A DNA stretch of 64,000 bases from Magallana gigas (taxonomy: Eukaryota): NCBI RefSeq assembly GCF_963853765.1, contig NC_088855.1:51832001-51896000 (forward strand), given 5' to 3'. Below the pieces are notes generated by a model that was not told where the DNA came from, did not search any database, and worked only from the letters and a program-made list of their open reading frames with translations. Positions 61,133 to 64,000 of this stretch are shown here, one piece after another; within the stretch, counting starts at the first letter, position 1; each line of letters begins with the position of its first letter. The translations under genes and the position numbers were made by a program.

Positions 61133-63758
61133 ATTATTACATATTGGATAGTGATTGTCACTGTAGAAAAGCAAATTGACCTCCAGCCTTTTTTCAAGAA
61201 CCAAAGACTCAGGAATGTCTTCATTTATTTCTTACATATGAAGATACAATGCTTGGCAATAAAAGAATGCAGAGCTATAAGATATTTTTTCTTATGTATA
61301 TTAAGTGACAGGCCTTTCTGCATAAATCATACGCTCTAAATGACTTGCACTGAAATGAAGCAACAAAAATTGTTCAGACACCTTGAATAATTCTGCTGTC
61401 AATGGTTACCAGATAACACAGTAGTTTATATATCATTGTTTCTATATTACTCAGTTACTTTTATCATATTGATAGATTTTAAGTGATTTATCACTTGATA
61501 TTGTGCATCAATATGATTTAAAATTTATTTTTGTCAATTATAAAATATGAAACTTGAAAAGCATTTATCAGTAATAAATATGTTGTATTAATGAAATGTA
61601 ATACCAATTTTCCAATACTCTACTCATCTGTTATAAGAGTATTTATAATGCAAGGTTTGTCATACTGTCGTAAGATATTTAATCATCCGGAAAATTTATT
61701 TAAAGCAAAGCTCACGTTTACAAAGAAGGGTTGTCATCTAAAACATCATGAAATCTATTTAGGACTGCCAGACTGTTTCACACATAGTTTAATTTGTCAG
61801 AAACACAGCTTGAATATGCAAATAAGGTAATAAAAGTGTGTACATCTTGATTTATTAATTAGAACATACAGGATTAAACTTACAAATACTGGTTTTTATT
61901 ATGTTTTTTCCTTTTGGTTGATATGATCAAATTTCCTTTTCATATTTGGTCATATCTGTGATATAAGTATTGGAATATAAGTATGATATTTCCGGAGAAT
62001 AAAATTATTGATATATATATATGTGAAGTGTGAGCTAGCTGATATAAGTGAAATGTGAGATAGTTGATGTTAACAACTCTATGACAATGTGTACTCTGTA
62101 CAATGTACAAACCAACAGGATTCATAGTATACATATTCTATATCTGGAGAGGTGTATTTAAAATAAACATAATACATGTACCGGTATATTAAATTCAATC
62201 ATTCAATTAAATATACCGGTAAATGTTTTTGTTGCATACTCAGATCTGCTGCGTCCTTAGTCTGTATATATAGTTTATACTTTAAAAACAAAGTCTCCTT
62301 CGGACATGACTGCATTGATGGTTTGAAAAATTGAAATGCAAACATAAGTAATAAATGACTTTTTACACTGAACTATTGTGTGGAAAGGTTCAGTGAGAGC
62401 TCAGGTTGTATTCATTTCTACATACTCATACCTTGATGTCAATTTGTCATTTTTTTTTTGGGGGGGGGTACATATAATTGATGTTTGTAATCCATTATTC
62501 ATATCAAATATTTATAAGAGTAGAAATACAGGTACTCAGATATTAAAGTTCAAATTTCTTTTTTTTATATAGATTCTAAATCATACTTGGTCTTTATCTT
62601 TTAGTACATGTACTTCTTAATTATCAATAAAAGCAGAAGACTGAATTATAGTTCATGTATTGACACAAGCATATCAACCCAATGATGTTACCTCCATTGT
62701 TTTACTATCAATGTACCTGTAAGATACCCTGTTCTTTAGTGCATGTAGTAAAGTACATGCATTAGAGTAAATATACCTGTACTGAATCCTGCTATACAGT
62801 ATGTGTTATTATTGTAAAGATTACTGATTTTATTCAATGCTTTGGATCACTGAATGTTATTACAAGGTTGGATGGGGGCATGTTAAGTTGACCTTGGGCA
62901 ACCACTCGATGTGTCACATGATTAAGAACAAGCTTGGAGAAAAGGAAACTATTTGCTTTCAAAAAATATGTACATACATGTATATTGTCTGAAAATCATA
63001 GAAAGTGATTATATTTCTGCATAAAAAGTGGATGGAAAAGTTGTGTAAGGATACTATTAATAAGATATAGGACAGGTTGTGTGTTTCTGATAGACTGCAT
63101 GGTGAAATAGTACACTATTCAGTAGGTGCAGATTATTTATTTCATATGGTACAATGCAAGTGGTCCAAGGTTTTCAGACAATAGTCCATTTTTACTTGTA
63201 TCATACTATAGTATTGTATGTGGCCTTTCTTTTTCATTTAAAACTTTATTTTTAATTTATTTCATTTAAGAAAAATTATATATTGGATTACATGGTTTCA
63301 TTGTATGCAATGGATAATTATGAACATATTGTATTACCAAAATATCTAAAGGTACATAAATTTTGTATTTATGTACATTATTATTTATTCATTTTAATTA
63401 ATTTATTACAAGTAAGGAAAAAGCCTTTTGTTCTATGCATTTACCTGCATGTCTATCGTGTTTCTGCACAAGGAAGGGGAGTTGGGGGGGGGGTGTTTCT
63501 TTTTTACTGAAAATCATTAATATAAAGGCAGATGCTGTAAGATATGATAATGGGTCCAGGTTTTACAGTGATATAAGTTAAATAAAAAAAAAGATGGATA
63601 AAATGATAATAATTAATTTCTATTGTGCAGGCATAGTTTTATTAATGTACCTGTTTTTAATAGTTTCGTGGTTTATCTTTTTAAGTAGAATTAATGGTAT
63701 GCATATTAATGCAGAATATAAGGTGGAATACTTTTAATACTTAATTGTTTAATTTTAG

Positions 63759-63846
63759 GGAAAGGATGTTTAATCGGGGTCAGAATGGCTACAACAGATT
63801 ACTGGCAGATCACACCTACCTCAACAAAGACACCGAAGAAGAATTT
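63759..63846 (+). CDS. Probable first coding exon of a gene continuing beyond the window
   Basis: TTTTAG acceptor and GTAAGT donor. Two open ATG frames: 63766 MFNRGQNGYNRLLADHTYLNKDTEEEF or 63785 MATTDYWQITPTSTKTPKKN. Product not recognised. Confidence 0.5.
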
Positions 63847-64000
63847 GTAAGTGAAATGTTATAGGTGATATGTGTACAAGGTCATGTATCAGGAAATGGT
63901 CGGTTAATGATTTTTTAAGAAACACACATACCAATTTGTCACAAAGACATGCTGACTGTGTGTGTATGTGTTCCTAATGGCAAGATTTCAGAAAACAAAT

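Overview
AT-rich, intron-containing animal DNA with two assembly gaps (N runs 7656-7789 and 10976-11133). The repeat content (about 166-bp satellite carried by a Helentron-like element, G/C-tract MITEs) points to an oyster-type bivalve; this is inference. I built gene models by hand from splice signals and reading phase: a short secreted collagen-like gene (+), PGAM5 (-, 5 exons), a frameshifted secreted LDLa-LDLa-mucin-ShK-ShK gene (+), a secreted VWC-domain gene (-), a divergent T-box gene (-), MRPL51 (-) head-to-head with tRNA-Ala(AGC) (+), a gene of about 1371 aa with 11 C2H2 fingers (-), and one exon of a + strand gene at the right edge. The rest is dense in non-autonomous mobile DNA, including a gag-bearing LTR-like remnant. 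The most unexpected signal is not visible in the ORF track. Directly downstream of the T-box gene lies an array of five phase-1, 3n-length, mutually paralogous exons. These could extend the T-box protein with a repeated C-terminal tail, preceded by a degenerate copy of the T-box N-terminal motif. Coordinates were counted by hand and may be off by a few bases; no database searches were run.
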